From positions 71,238,001 through 71,302,000 of the forward strand of contig OX597825.1 of NCBI GenBank assembly GCA_951406725.2: a DNA stretch of 64,000 nucleotides, read 5' to 3'. Both the position numbers and the translations under genes were made by a program. Positions 37,500-51,250 of the stretch are shown piece by piece. Within the stretch, counting starts at the first letter, position 1. Every line of letters begins with the position of its first letter. The notes under the pieces were generated by a model that made no database searches, was not told the DNA's origin, and saw only the letters and a program-made list of their open reading frames with translations. This DNA is from Octopus vulgaris. Taxonomy: Eukaryota.

Positions 37500-38952
37500 T
37501 GTATATGTGTACATATACATAAGGAAGTTTGACTGGTCTTGATGATGATGATGATGATTAGGATGAAGTAATGATGATAACAGCTGTAATACGCGTGCAC
37601 ACGCATACGCATCGCGCACACATAAATACACACACATGCACACACTTAAAAAAGGTGTATTTGAATCATCCTAAAAGTAATTGTCTCCCATCCCAAGTAA
37701 ACAATAGATACCAATAATACACACACACACACACACATACATACATATATAGCCAGAAAGTTGTTGCCAGAGGTGGTGCTAATGTGTGTGTGTGTGTGGG
37801 TGGGTTTGTGTTAGAGAGGGAGGGAGGAGGAAAGAGAGAGAGAGAGATTGCTATACTTTGGTGGTGTTGGTGGGTAATGAGGGGTCAAAGGTTATTCATT
37901 AGGGTTAGTTTCAAACTAGGTTGAAATACAGAATGGTTCTGTGGATTGGGCGTACAGAATAGATTGGTTGTTTATATGATATACATACATACATACATAA
38001 ATATATATGTATGTAAGTACACACACACACATACAATGTGTGTGTATGTATGTGTGTATGTATATATATATATATATATGTATATGTATATGTATATACA
38101 CACATATATACAATGTGTGTGACCATTGTTTCTTGAATGACTGTCTTATAAATAAACTGCTGACTTCTTTCTTTGTGTCTGTCTTCCTAAGTCCGCCTGT
38201 GCACAATGTCTGTCTGTCTGTTTGTCTTTCTTTTTATCTGTCTGTCATTGTCTTTATTCCCCCATTCCCTCATCCACCCATCCGCCCACCAAAATCTCAG
38301 ATGATATATTTCTGGATTCAGTTCTCAGTTTCATTAAGCATATTTTGATGTTGCTGTCTGGAGTAAACCCTTTTTTAAAAGGAGTCTCTTTCTACTGTGT
38401 CTCAGTAAGAAAAAAAAAAGGGAGAAACTTGTTGAATTTGGGTCTTTTTTTATAGTTTTTTGCTGGAATTGTCATTGTCTACTGAGGTAAGCTTTTAATA
38501 TTGCTACATTACTTTGAGCATCATCATCATCATATTTCTGATTGTCTTTATCATCATCATCACCATACAAGTGTATTCCTCATCAATCAGTCTCTCAGAA
38601 TTTCATTTTGGTTGGGGATCAAATCCTGCCTTGGGTTGACTTCACCTTCCATCCTTCTGCGGTAGATAAAATATAGTACCAGTCATACAGGTGGGTTGAT
38701 TAACCCTCTGGCATTCTGATTACTTCTGTCAAATGTAATGCTTATTTATTCACGTTGCTTTGAATTTAATGTTGTATTATCTCATGGCTTTTGAGATTTC
38801 ACTGATGTGGTTATTTTTAGAATGACATTGCAGGGCAAGTGTGAGAGGTTAGATCTGACTGGTTTACATACATACATACATACATACTGCATGCCTGCCA
38901 ACAAGCACACAAAGCAAATTTAACTATTTCTTGATAGAATGTAAAAAAGGAT

Positions 38953-39004
38953 GAACAGCCTTAATTGATTTTCAGACCTTATTGAGCTCTCATCAGAGGT
39001 GTTG
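38953..39004 (-). ncRNA. Degenerate minimal hammerhead ribozyme motif
   Basis: Minus strand aacacct-CTGATGA-gagct(caata)aggtct-GAAA-atcaat-TA-agg(c)tgtt; stem II imperfect. Confidence 0.5.
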
Positions 39005-40133
39005 ACATCACTTGACCAATCCCAGGGAAATCTGTTTATATACGTAACAAATCCAACAGCCACAGAGAACTGGAGTGTGTGTTTGTGTGCATCTTTGTCC
39101 TGATGTCATATGATGGTTGTAAGCAAGCATCACTGTCGTACAAGCAGTGTTGTTTGTCTCCAGTCTTCTCTGAAAAATGTGTCTGGCCATGAGAAAAATT
39201 TCCTTTCTTGGAAACAGGTGAGGGTTAAAGACAGGAAGAGCATCTAGCTGTAGAAAATCTATCACAACAAATTCTATCTGATCCATGCACGCATAGAAAA
39301 GTGGATGTTTTTGTTTATTCTTTTATATATTTCAGCCATGAGGCTGTGGTCAGGCTGGAGCACCACTGTTAAATGATTGTCTTTCTTTCCTCCATCCCCT
39401 CATCCACCCACCAAAATCTCAGATGAAATATTTCTGGATTCAGTTCTCAGTTTTATTAAGGATATTTTGATGTTGCTGTTTGGAGCAAATCCCTTTTAAA
39501 AGGAGTCCCTTTCTACTGTGTCTCAGTAAGAAAAAAAAAATAATAAAAGGGAGAAACCTGTTGGTAATCACTGTTTGTGTGTGAACAAGTGCAACTCTGA
39601 GTGCATGCTATTCTGTATGCACTTGTCTTCTGGATGCAAATGCATTTGAATGCATCTATTCAGAAATGTTCAACTGCTTGTGTGTGTATGTGTACACATG
39701 TACGCATTTGGAAGTTTATTTAGTGATGGAAGAAAAGAAATTCGATATTCTTGTAGTGCTGTTCAAAACCTACAGAACCATCTCATGTAATGCAAGTATT
39801 ATGTATTACTGTATTATGACTGAAGATAAATGAGAGATACTCTTTATTGTTCACAATCTTTGTGGGTGTAGAGGAAAAAGAAAAGAACCCCCCCCCACAC
39901 TCAAATTCTTCTATTATTTGACCATAAATAATATATATGTATCTCTTAAAATTGTACTAAAACAAAATTGACATCTAAATGAATTATTAAAGAACACACA
40001 CAAATCTATCTATGTGTGTGTGTGTGTGTATGCCTCCTTGATTTTAGCTAGACATGAAATTATTATTTTGTTTCACATGAATAATTTAAGTTTTATCTGT
40101 ACTGTTCCCAATGCTATTATTGCTACTGTATTG

Positions 40134-40190
<57 letters not shown>

Positions 40191-41595
40191 TTAACTGCAG
40201 CCAGTTTTTATTATTATTATTATTATTTATATTTCTGTACGGACTGTATAGGTCTTCAAAGAGGACTAACAAAATTTTGCTGCATTCATTATTCAGTTTT
40301 TGCTTATGTGCTGTATGCATGTCTACAAGTATACATGGTTCTGTGTGTGTGTGTATAATGTGTGTATATACATACATAATGTGTGTGTGTATAATGTGTG
40401 TATATACATACATAATGTGTGTGTGTGTATATATGTATATAATGTGTATATATGTATATGTGTGTATATATATATACATATATGTAATGCGTGTATATAC
40501 ATATGTATGTATCTATATATATGAGTGTATGTATGTATATATGTATGTATCTATCTATCTATCTATATATATATATATATATATATGAGTGTATATATAT
40601 GAGTGTATATACTTATGTATATATATATATATATTCAATGTGTGCATATACTTATATATGTGTATCTATGTATATACCTATGAACATTTTTGTTACCAAC
40701 ATTTCTTATTCTTCTGAGATTCTGATATGCATCATTTTTTTCTCTCTCCATCAACTCTTTTGAGACAGCACTATCAATTGGCTGAATATTTCTTTTTTTT
40801 CAATCTATATAAATGGCAACAATTCCACCAATGCGCTTGATGCACATTGAATTAAAGAGACAATTTTCTTTGGGACTTTAATCCACTTATATCAAATTGA
40901 TTTTTTTCCTCCCCACTTTTTAAAAACTTTTTTCTGTTAAAGTGAATGGTCAATAGAGAATAATTGCAGCATTTATTTTTGACCGTTTTTTTTTTCCTCC
41001 TCTTTTGCAAAATGATACCGAAGAATAGTACTGTCCTACAAGCTATTAATAGTGAGAGAAAAACAAAGAAATTAAATCCATAGAAAACTTTATTGCTTTT
41101 TTTCCTGTATATTTTCTGTGTAAATTGAGATAAAATAGTCTATAATCAACGTCAGGGATAGCATGAATCGATTCACATCACCCGAGAGATATGAGCAGAT
41201 AACTTGTTAAAACTTGTTTACTTTCGTTAGTGAATTTAAATGGTATTATGACAAGGTAATTTATAAAAAGTTTTCTTTGTTAATCATTGTTTAAAATGTT
41301 ATAATTATTTTTCTATGAAAATATTTTCTGCTTGCTTCTTAGTTGTGCAGTTAATCTTTGATACCAAGTTGCTGTGACTGTATCCTTCAGGCTGGGTTGG
41401 GTTATAGCTGAATGTCTATATATATAAATAGGTGAGAGCTAGATGTGTTCAGTATAGAAAACACATAGCAGTGCTCAAATGAATTTGAACTTAAACTCTG
41501 AATTCTTCGTCCAGGGCTAGGTCCATGATGTCAAGAGTGGCTACAAGAGAAATTCAAGAGAAGCTGATATGGAGGTAGTGATGCAGATAAACATA

Positions 41596-41824
41596 TATTT
41601 CTTTACTACCCACAAGGGGCTAAACAGAGAGGGGACAAACAAGGACAGACAAAGGGATTAAGTCGATTACATCGACCCCAGTACATAACTGGTACTTAAT
41701 TTATTGACCCCGAAAGGATGAAAGGCAAAGTCGACCTTGGTGGAATTTGAACTCAGAACGTAACGACAGACGAAATACAGCTACGCATTTCGCCCGGCGT
41801 GCTAACGTTTCTGCCAGCTTGCCT
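41596..41824 (-). mobile_element. SINE family C with 15-bp TSD
   Basis: TSD atgcagataaacata at 41581-41595 and 41825-41839. Confidence 0.9.
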
Positions 41825-42528
41825 ATGCAGATAAACATAGTTAGGCTTCACACGTGCACACACACATACACACATCAAGGTTGTGTTTTATTAGCATCAC
41901 TAACTCCCCCCCTCTCTCCTTTTATTCTTTTGCTTGTTTCAGTCATTTGACTGCAGCCATGCTGGAGCACCGCCTTGAAGAGTTTTAGTTGAACAAATCA
42001 ACCCCAGGACTTATTTTTTTAAAGCTTACTAATTATTCTATCGGTCTCTTTTGCCAAACCGCTAAGTTACAGGGACATAAACACACCAACATTGTAGTTC
42101 TAGAACTACATTATCTAGTGTGTCCTTCCTTTAGTTTTTTTTTTTAAAGATGGTAATATGTGAGTAAAAGGAGATTTAGCTGCTATGCCTAGCATATTGA
42201 CCAATTACGTAGTGACTCTTTTTAGTTTGCTGTCATGAGAAAAATATAGTTAATATTGTTTATTCTTCGATTTGATAAAAGAATCTGTTACATATTTTTT
42301 TTCCTTATCTTTGCACGTTAAGATATCTCAATTTTTGTCTTTTACTAAAATGTTGATTCTTGTCAGTTCACACTACTAGTAGTCTCTCTGTATGGTGTCT
42401 GAGATAAAGTAGTAATACAGCTGATAAATAAGTAGGCAAGCAGTCATTTAGTAGTAGTCCAGGAAACTCAGCTTATCCTGATCCATTCAGGCATTTGAAG
42501 CATTGTATTCACTCATATACGCCACACT

Positions 42529-42896
42529 AATTACCTCGGCCTTAACGAAGGCGGAGGTTTTGGTTCCAGTTGTGTTTGTTTGTTTGTCCATGGACAAGAT
42601 ATCTCAAAAACCGCTGGATAGATTTAGATGAAACTTTCAAGGATGTTTGGAATCATGACCGGCATGAACTGATTAGATTTTGGGATCGATGTGGTACTGG
42701 ACAAGGATTCTGGGTTATTTTTCCATTTTTTTTTCTTAATTTTTGAAAGCAGTTGGGTTAATTTTTAGTAAACTCGTTTGTGAGAGCAGTCAAGTTTATT
42801 TCAGATATTCTCATTTTAAAAATCATCTCCGGCTAATCATTGAAAGGACATTGGTGTTGCCTTGGGGGAGCTTTGCGCTCTCTGAGTGCTCTTGTT
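42529..42896 (+). mobile_element. Helentron-associated non-autonomous element (HINE/DINE-like)
   Basis: 5' hairpin ttacctcggcctt..aaggcggagg, (gttt)n, atgaaacttt, subterminal cttgggggag and 3' hairpin gcgctctctgagtgc then ttgtt. Confidence 0.75.
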
Positions 42897-42942
42897 TATA
42901 CTTGACTTTTACTGAATAAAACTGGAGTATAACTTATACATG

Positions 42943-43246
42943 TGGAGGCACATGGCCTAGTGGTTAGAGCAGTGGACTCATGGTCAAGGGATCGCGGGTT
43001 CAAATCTCAGACCGGGCGGCATGTGTGTTTATGAGTGAAACACTTAAGCTCCATGTGGCTCTGGCAGAAGGTAATGGCGAACTTTTGCTGACTCTTTCGG
43101 CACAACTTTCTCTCACTCTTTCCTCCTGCATCTTGCAGCTCACCTACGACGGACCAGCATCCCATCCAGGTGGAGAACCTATACACCAAGGAAACTGGGA
43201 AACCGGCCCTTATGAGCCAGGCATGGCTCGAGAAGGAACAAACAGC
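42943..43246 (+). mobile_element. SINE family D with 14-bp TSD
   Basis: tRNA-like head tggcctagtggttagagc..ggttcaaatc; TSD ataacttatacatg at 42929-42942 and 43247-43260. Confidence 0.9.
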
Positions 43247-45030
43247 ATAACTTATACATGGCGCTAAGTTAAAACTATGAAAGGGAAATTTTTGCATCAA
43301 GATTTAGCTCTGAAGTAGAAGTGCAACTACAACAAATAAAACCAGAATTCAGCTAGTCTACAACCAATCAGTCATGTAGTTTAGACTGCTGCTATGAGAT
43401 GCCGGGTTTTGTATTATTATTATTATCCACCATATTGGATTAGGTCAAAGTCCATTATTTGATTAGCTTTCTTTTCATCAACAATTCCTGATACTCAACT
43501 GGATACTGACATTCAGCCGTTTGAAGTATTGTATCATTAACTTTCTATTCGCCAACAATTTACGATGGCATTGACTGACATGAAAAGGAAAGGTGGATAT
43601 GATTGATACTGCATTGGCTCAGTTTATGTAGCATTAAGAATATGTACCATGTTGTCTGAGCAGGCTACCTGGGATAAATCGGTATTATTTCCATAAGAAA
43701 TATTGTCCATGATTGCTATGAAATGGAAGCCAAGTATCAACCTTGAGAAATCACCAGGCTTAAAGCATTTATTTTTGAAGTTTATTAGATGTAACCATTT
43801 GATACTAGAATGATCTTATATGGTTCCAGTACTTAAACAGCATATGAGAATTTATTATATGTAGTATTAACCAGTTGGCTTTCAGAAGCCTTCTTTCTTT
43901 TCACATCAGTTCATTTACACAATTAATTAATTAACAGATGTTAGAGAATGGTTTGTTACTCTTAGTAATTTTATGTATGACTCTACAAAGCTGGGGTACA
44001 TTAATGGAACAATGGGGTTGGAGTCAGGAATATTGGCAGTAGTGAGAAACTATTAATTGGGTTTTCTTTGAGCGGGATTTCTTTCCATCTAAAATTCTTG
44101 TCTATACCATCTGTCACTGACAAGCAATAAATAAGAAATGCCAGAGATAATACTGGTTTTCTCTGTGTCTAACAAATGAGAAACACATCTCACTCTTTCT
44201 GGATAGGAAATTATATTAGTTTATTGCAGAATTTCTATCTGGAGGAGTTTATTTCAAACTTGGCTTTTTAATCCAATGTAGATGAAACCCATGCATGCAT
44301 GCATGTGTGTGGATGTGTGTATGTGTTTTCTGTGTATAATAATAGCTGATATATATGTTGATAGGTTGGTTGACTTCTCCAGTCATTTTTTACATGAAAT
44401 AGAAAGGAAGAGAGGTAACATAAGAGGTGCAAGATAAATGTGCAAGGCTTTGTGGCAGGGAGAGGAGAAGAAAGAGCAAATGACAGTAGTTATGGGCAGA
44501 GTTATGGGACTGAAAAAATTTGTTTTATTTAATTTTATTTTCAGGTAATATATATATATTTTTTTGGAAAATTGATATTTGTTTCACCATTTTGTATAAT
44601 CACCAGGAAATTTGATGAAAATTAAATCATAATTATTGTTTGTATGCCGTATTTCCTTACATTACCCATGATGGCAGAAGTATACTTCCAAAATTTCCTG
44701 TTATACAATGGATAACACTTGTGTGTGTGTGTGTGCATGTGCGCATGCACGCACACGTGTGTCTATTTATCTTTTAGGAAGTGAAAAGTTGTGGCCAGTC
44801 ATAGAGTAACCATTAGTTTCACACCCATAAAGTGCTTAGCAGTATTGGCCACTTGTCAGATTCAAATGGCTAAAGGCCATTGAAGAGTCACCTATACTAC
44901 TAAGTGCTTCATAGGTGCGGAACCAATGGTTATTCTATGACTGGCCATAACTTTTTTACTTCCTAAAAAAATAGAGTGTACTTCTTTTTCAGATAGATGG
45001 ACTAATTATGACATATATATATATATATAT

Positions 45031-45408
45031 CGGTGCAGGAGTGGCTGTGGTAAGTAGTTTGCTTACCAACCACATGGTTCCGGGTTCATTCCCACTGCAT
45101 GGCACCTTGGGCAAGTGTATTCTACTATAGCCTAGGGCCGACGAAAGCCTTCTGAGTGGATTTGGTAGATGGAAACTGAAAGAAACCCATCGTATATATG
45201 TATATATATGTATGTGTGTCTGTGTTTGTCCCCCCAACATCACTAGTGTGTTTACGTCCCCATAATTTAGTGGTTCAGCAAGAGAGACCGAAAGAATAAG
45301 TACTAGGCTTCCAAAGAATAAGTCCTGGGGTCGATTTGCTCAACTAAAGGTGGTGCTCCAGCATGGCTGCAGTCAAATGACTGAAACAAGAAAAAGAGAA
45401 AAAGAGAA

Positions 45409-45410
<2 letters not shown>
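45031..45410 (+). mobile_element. SINE family A
   Basis: Matches 26010..26430. Confidence 0.9.
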
Positions 45411-45448
<38 letters not shown>

Positions 45449-47640
45449 TGTATGTTTTCATTGGTATAAGCTAGAAGTGACTTATATCCCTTGTTATCCA
45501 TTTCATAACTTAATGGAAATGCTATATAGAAATCAATGAATAAATGCCATACTGAATTAAGTTCTGAGTTGATATAATTGACTAAAACTTGTGAAAGTGG
45601 TGACCTTATTTAACTAAAAGTAATAAACTAATAAAAAAAGAAAAGTAAGAAACATTTAAAGTTCTTTAAACAAATGGAATTTGTGTTGTTAAATATGGTA
45701 TGGGAATCTCCAGCCCTTAATGTAGGTTTGTTTTCCTCTGAGACATTGTTAACCAAATATACTGTAAGTTTGTAACGATTCATGGCATAACAATAGGATT
45801 TCTTAAGGAAAATGACACCCAGATCCAACGTCATAAAAACATTCTATAAAATTATGTTGATTTTGCTATACTTTGATAGTATTATTAGGAATTATATAAT
45901 TACATGTTAGCCAACTCCTATCTGATGAACGTTAACTTGGTTCATGAGGTTAAATTCACTCCCTTGTCACCTGCCCTTCTTTAACAATCACCCCATTTAT
46001 CCATAATGTTGTAGCTTATCCTGAATATCTATAAGCCGTTAGTTCACTGGACCATGCAGAGTTAAGTGCCTTTATCAAAGATACACTTTTGCCAACGTCT
46101 ACTGTTCATAGTGAGTCACTGAACAGTCAAATAATGTAGCTACTGAACACAGGAGACAGATGTTGGTAGAATACACTAGCTATTCACTCAGCTGTTTCCT
46201 TTCCACACTTAACAGGGGCTGATTACTATGAATATGTTGGATGTTATATAGTAAAATAACTTTGATGTTAATTGCTTGGGATTGGCGCTGCACTGAACAG
46301 TAATTGTTTGGGATTAAGGTTTTATCAACAGTGTAATTTTTTTTTTTAATGCAAGTAATTAAGGATTAACAGTTACTTGAATTGATAATCTGATGATTAA
46401 AGGAACGGTAACAAAACACACTAACTATAGCAAAGCACATAAGAAAAATCTAAAAAAAAAAAAAGAAATTGCATATAATGATGCTGTCTTATTATTTGTC
46501 CAAGGAGTGGTTTAACCCTTTTGATACCCACCTGCCTGAAACTACTTCTGGTTCTCTCTAAATTAAAATCTATCAAAATTTAATTCTTTTACTTGTTTCA
46601 GTCATTTGGGTGTGCCCATGCTGGAACTCTGCATTGAATAGTTTTAGTCAAACAAATCAACTACAGAACTCTTTTTTTCTTAAAGCCTATTACTTATTCT
46701 GTCAGTCTCTTTTGCCAAACCACTAAGTTACAGGGGCAGAAACATCAACACCGGTTGTCAAGCAGTGATGGTGAGACAAATAAAGACACACACACACAGA
46801 CACACGCAAATGTATATATATATATCCTCTCTGTTCTTCCTCTTATCATCTCTATCGTTCCTCTTTGCCCTGCTCGCCATCTTTCCTCTTTCCAAATTCT
46901 CCATCTTTCCTCTTCCCCTTCTCTATCTTTCTTCTCTTTCTCACTTTCCTTCCATCAGTTTCCCCTTCTCTCAACATTCTCCTTTTCTTATCCCTCTTCC
47001 TCTGAGTGCTTGATAACTGTTGGTCATATGAGCTTACACATGCTCAGATCTACCACAAAATAATCAGCCTTCTGTTGGTACTCTGTGGCCACAGGTAGAA
47101 AGATAGATAGATAGATAGATAGAGACCCCTCAAAAACTACTACTTGACCCTTTCTGCAATATCCTGCCATGACGCCATCTTTGCAAGTAGGCCCACTTCA
47201 TTGAAGAGTTGTCTCCAATTTCATTGCTTTCTCCCTTTCTTTTCCCTTATATTTTCTATGACTAAACAACTGAATCTATTGATTCAACACAGTGATGATG
47301 CCATGCAGTGTTTTCGTAACAATGATTTCACACATTGGCTCAAGGCCATGCGTTTGTAGGGCAAGATGTAATCTCTCGCTAATCAACGCAGTGCATCGCT
47401 TGCGCTTTTTTCATTTACTCTGAAGTCAACTTTGATGTGATATGAACCGGGGGACATAAAAAGAACTGGACTGTTTACTGAAAACCGTTTGCTCCATTAT
47501 TCTCTCATTTCTGCTATTCATTGGATCTCCAACATGATTTGACCTTGAAACTGAGGAACAGGACCACAGAATGTTAAGCAGTTTACCCTTTTTACATTGC
47601 TATCGTCTTGATTATAATGATGATGATGATAATAATAATA

Positions 47641-47945
47641 ATTGCACTACTAGGCACTGCACACATCCTATGCAGAACACTTTCCATATAATAACCATCA
47701 GAGCATCACAACAAATCACAGCACATACCCAAGGCACACAGAGCTGCACTCGGTAGTGAAGTGAAAGCACGCTATAAAAATAAAACTACTGAATAATAAT
47801 AATAATAGTAATAATAATAATAATAGTAGTAATAGTAATAATAATAATAATAATAACAAACCACAGCACATACCCAAGGCACACAGAGCTGCGCTCGGTA
47901 GTGAAGTGAAAGCATGATATAAAAATAAAACTACTGAATAATAAT
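47641..47945 (+). mobile_element. Two 5'-truncated R4/Dong-like LINE 3' ends in an (AAT)n tract
   Basis: IALLGTAHILCRTLSI* C-terminus and 3' UTR (47641-47795); second shorter copy (~47855-47945); both flanked by (AAT)n. Confidence 0.85.
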
Positions 47946-48699
47946 AATAGTAATAATAATAATACTAATAATAAAAAATTGTGTTAACTGGAACGACTCA
48001 TGTACTAAGAAGAGCATTATCGCTGTGAAAACAACATCTAATCATGAATTTATTTATTAATTTTTTTGAATACATATTTTACCTGTGAATTTGCATGTGT
48101 AATCTGGGAATGCATACAATGAGCTTCTCTGCCCTTGGTGTACAGAAAACATTTGTCGAGAAATGGAAGAAAATTTGAAGAAAGAAGGAAAATAATAATA
48201 ATAATAATTCTTTCGAATTTGGCACAAGGCTAGTAATTTTAAGGACAGAGGAACAATTACATCAACTTCTAGTACTTGACTGGGACTTTATTTTATTGAC
48301 TCTGAGAAGGTGAAAGGCAAAGCTGACCTTGGTGGAATTTGAATTCAAAACATAAAGAGCTGGAAGAAACGCTGCAAAGCATTTTGTCTTGCATGCTAGT
48401 AATTCTGTCAGATCACCACCTGAAAAAAAAAAAAAATTATAATCATCATATAATTAGAAATTAGTAGGGGAGAAGAGTATAGTTGAAAGAATCAACTCCA
48501 GCCCTTGTTTTTGAGGGTTTTATTGTTTTTAAAGAGATAAAAGTCAGTATTATCTCTGGCAAGATTTGAACTTGAATATAAAGGAGCGAACTTATGGCTT
48601 AGCTTGCTACCACTTAAGCCACTACATTATTCTATTTGTAGGGTTCTTGGAATTATAGCAATAAGTTAGGAAGGAATATCTCAGTATAATTCCTAACAC

Positions 48700-48925
48700 T
48701 AGTGTAATTGTACCGGAAGACATCCCAGATTCCTTGGGATTTTTTTTCATAAGACCAGATGTGGTGTCACAGAGGTAAGGTTCTGTAAAATTACTGATAT
48801 TGCAATATCTGGGGATAACAACATTGCATTCAAAGAACACAAGAGAAAAACATTTGAGAAATATCAGGTTCTTGAATCTGAGATCACTATTGTAATTCTG
48901 GGGTTCATGGAGAAGATAAATGGAA
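48700..48925 (+). mobile_element. Degenerate R4/Dong-like restriction-like endonuclease domain
   Basis: WDF..RPDVV...CKITDIAISGDNNIAFKEH....EKYQVLESEI with frameshifts (PD..D..K..KY motif). Confidence 0.7.
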
Positions 48926-49544
48926 TACTAATAATGGTAGGATCATTTAAGATAGGACTTAACTGGATGAACAAATAATTTAGTAACAATAGCAAGAGCT
49001 GAAATTGGAATGGAACGAACTCCAAAAGTCTACTTTGTGTGTAAGAAAGAAAATTAGAAATAAAATTCTAAATTATATGACATTTAAACTGTTTTAAAAA
49101 AATTATTTTTTCTCTGAAGATGAAGCTTTTGTTTTTAAGATTTGTATCTATATTACACTTCAGTCAGTTTAATATCTGATTGTCATCAAGACATCTGATG
49201 AAGATTGAAGATTAAACTGATCAAAAGGTAACATAAATGTAATTATTTAAAAACTACTCATCATAATTGTAAAACATGAGGTTAACAGCACCCTTATCCT
49301 CTGATAATTCATAATCTTGTTAACAATAGTTCAACTTAGACATATGAATAGTGTTAGAGATCTAAAATTTGACCAAGATAAAATTGGTGATAATGTATCA
49401 AGGCCCCAAGATTATTAGTTAATCATCATCATCATCGTTCAACGTCTGCCTTCCATGCTGGCATGGGTTGGACAGTTTGACAGGAGTTGGCCAGGCAGAA
49501 GCCTGCACCAGACGTCTGTGACTATTTTGGCAGGATTTTTTTTC

Positions 49545-49850
49545 CTCGCCCTTTTCAAGCCTAGCCAGGCCCATGGGCGTGGTTTCCCGGTTTCTGTGAC
49601 GTATGTATACCCCCCAGCTGGACGGGACGCCAGTCCATCGCAGCGTTACTCAAGAAACAGGAAGAGAGAGTGAGAGAAAGTTGTGGCAAAAAGAGTACAA
49701 CAGTGGTCGCCACCACCCCCTGCTAGAGCCTCGTGGAGCTTTTAGGTGTTTTTGCTCAATAAGCACACACAATGCCCGGTCTGGGAATTGAAACCAAGAT
49801 CCTTCAACTGCGAGTCTGCTGCCCTAACCACTGGGCCATTGCGTCTTCTT
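49545..49850 (-). mobile_element. SINE family D variant nested in a family B copy
   Basis: tRNA-like head at ~49790-49850; tail shared with the 15657 copy. Confidence 0.8.
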
Positions 49851-50787
49851 ACAATTATGTAGGGGCTGAATATAATTGATTGAATCAGGATCAGTACATA
49901 ACTAGTATTTACTGAATAACTCTTCAAATAGATTTGAAGGAAAATCATTCTGACGTGAGAATGGTTAAGAGATGCATGTATTTAATTTTAGACATTTAGC
50001 CCGTAGATAAGTCCTACATAATAATAAAGGTAGAATTACTTCAGGAATTTAATTGCGTTTAGGTATGTAAATATTTTCAGGCATTAACTTATTATCTTCC
50101 CAGATATTTTTGTATTAATTTTCAGGGAGTTTCTTGCTTATATTCACTTGCTTTTTTTTCATTTTTTCATTTTTTTTTTTTTTTTTAGATTTTTACCGTA
50201 ATCTACCAAAGCATCTGATTGTGCCAAGTAGTTTAGTTTATGGCTTCCCCCATCCCATAGTTTAGAGTTTATGGATGTATTTACATATATCATGTATGCC
50301 ATGAGTAGGAAAATCGTTGTAACTAAAATACCAGAAAGCTCATATTTGTCAGTGAGGTTATTCCAGAGAGTTCTGCATTTTGCTTGTGGTATTCCAATTT
50401 TTTTCTAAATATCACCAACTGTTCATACATTCTGACTGACTGACTAAAACAAAATCAGCGATATTTTGTAGAATGTTACATATTTGTTTGTTTGTTTACT
50501 GGACTATTTATGGAATGTTTGTTGATGAAATGGCATCCTGATGCTTTGTCTAAATTCTGCACACGCACAAATGCGTTGATACGTGAATGCGTAGAAATAC
50601 ACCAACAGATTTATGCATTTTGACTGGGCTAAAATTTATACTGATTTATTTCATATGAACGTACACTTTCTCATACAACCATGTAGCTTGACACACTGAC
50701 CATGCACTCTCATGCATGACTCTGCACTCACATGCATGAGCACATGCTCTCATGCATGACCACATGCTTTCATACAAACAAGCACTC

Positions 50788-51250
50788 TGGAGGCACATGG
50801 CCTAGTGGTTAGAGCAGTGAACTCGCGGTCGAGGGATTGCAGGTTCGAATCTCAGACCAGGTGATGTGTGTGTTTATGAGCGAGACACCTAAGCTCCACA
50901 GGGCCCCTGCAGAAGGTAACCTAAGCTCCACGGGGCCCTGGCAGAAGGTAACCTAAGCTCCACGGGGCCCTGGCAGAAGGTAACCTAAGCTCCACGGGGC
51001 CCTGGCAGAAGGTAACCTAAGCTCCACAGGGGCCCTGGCAGAAGGTAACCTAAGCTCCACGGGGCCCCGGCAGAAGGTAATGGCGGATCTTCTGATGACT
51101 CTTTCGCCACAACTTTCTCTCAGTCTTTCCTCCTGCATCTTGCAGCTCACCTATGATGGACCGGTGTCCCGTCCAGGTGGGGAACCTATATGCAAAGGAA
51201 ACCAGGAAACCAGCCCTGTGAGCCAGGGATGGCTCGAGAAGGAACAAACA
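50788..51250 (+). mobile_element. SINE family D containing six tandem 31-33-bp repeats (50887..51079)
   Basis: Unit acctaagctccacggggccctggcagaaggta x6; single copy in 42943 and 21832. Confidence 0.9.

Noticed and set aside
42943-43015. tRNA genes at SINE heads
   Set aside because: A and B boxes are present but run into SINE bodies with TSDs; no proper cloverleaf
47170-47182. YY1-like motif cgccatcttt as a promoter
   Set aside because: Single short motif without CpG island or other support
49155-49235. CTGATGA within an imperfect inverted repeat (also ctgatga at ~45922 and ctgagga at ~59093)
   Set aside because: No convincing GAAA/stem I arrangement; too degenerate to call a hammerhead
50887-51079. 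CRISPR-like 32-bp repeats
   Set aside because: Repeats are contiguous with no spacers, lie inside a SINE, and there are no cas genes in this eukaryotic context
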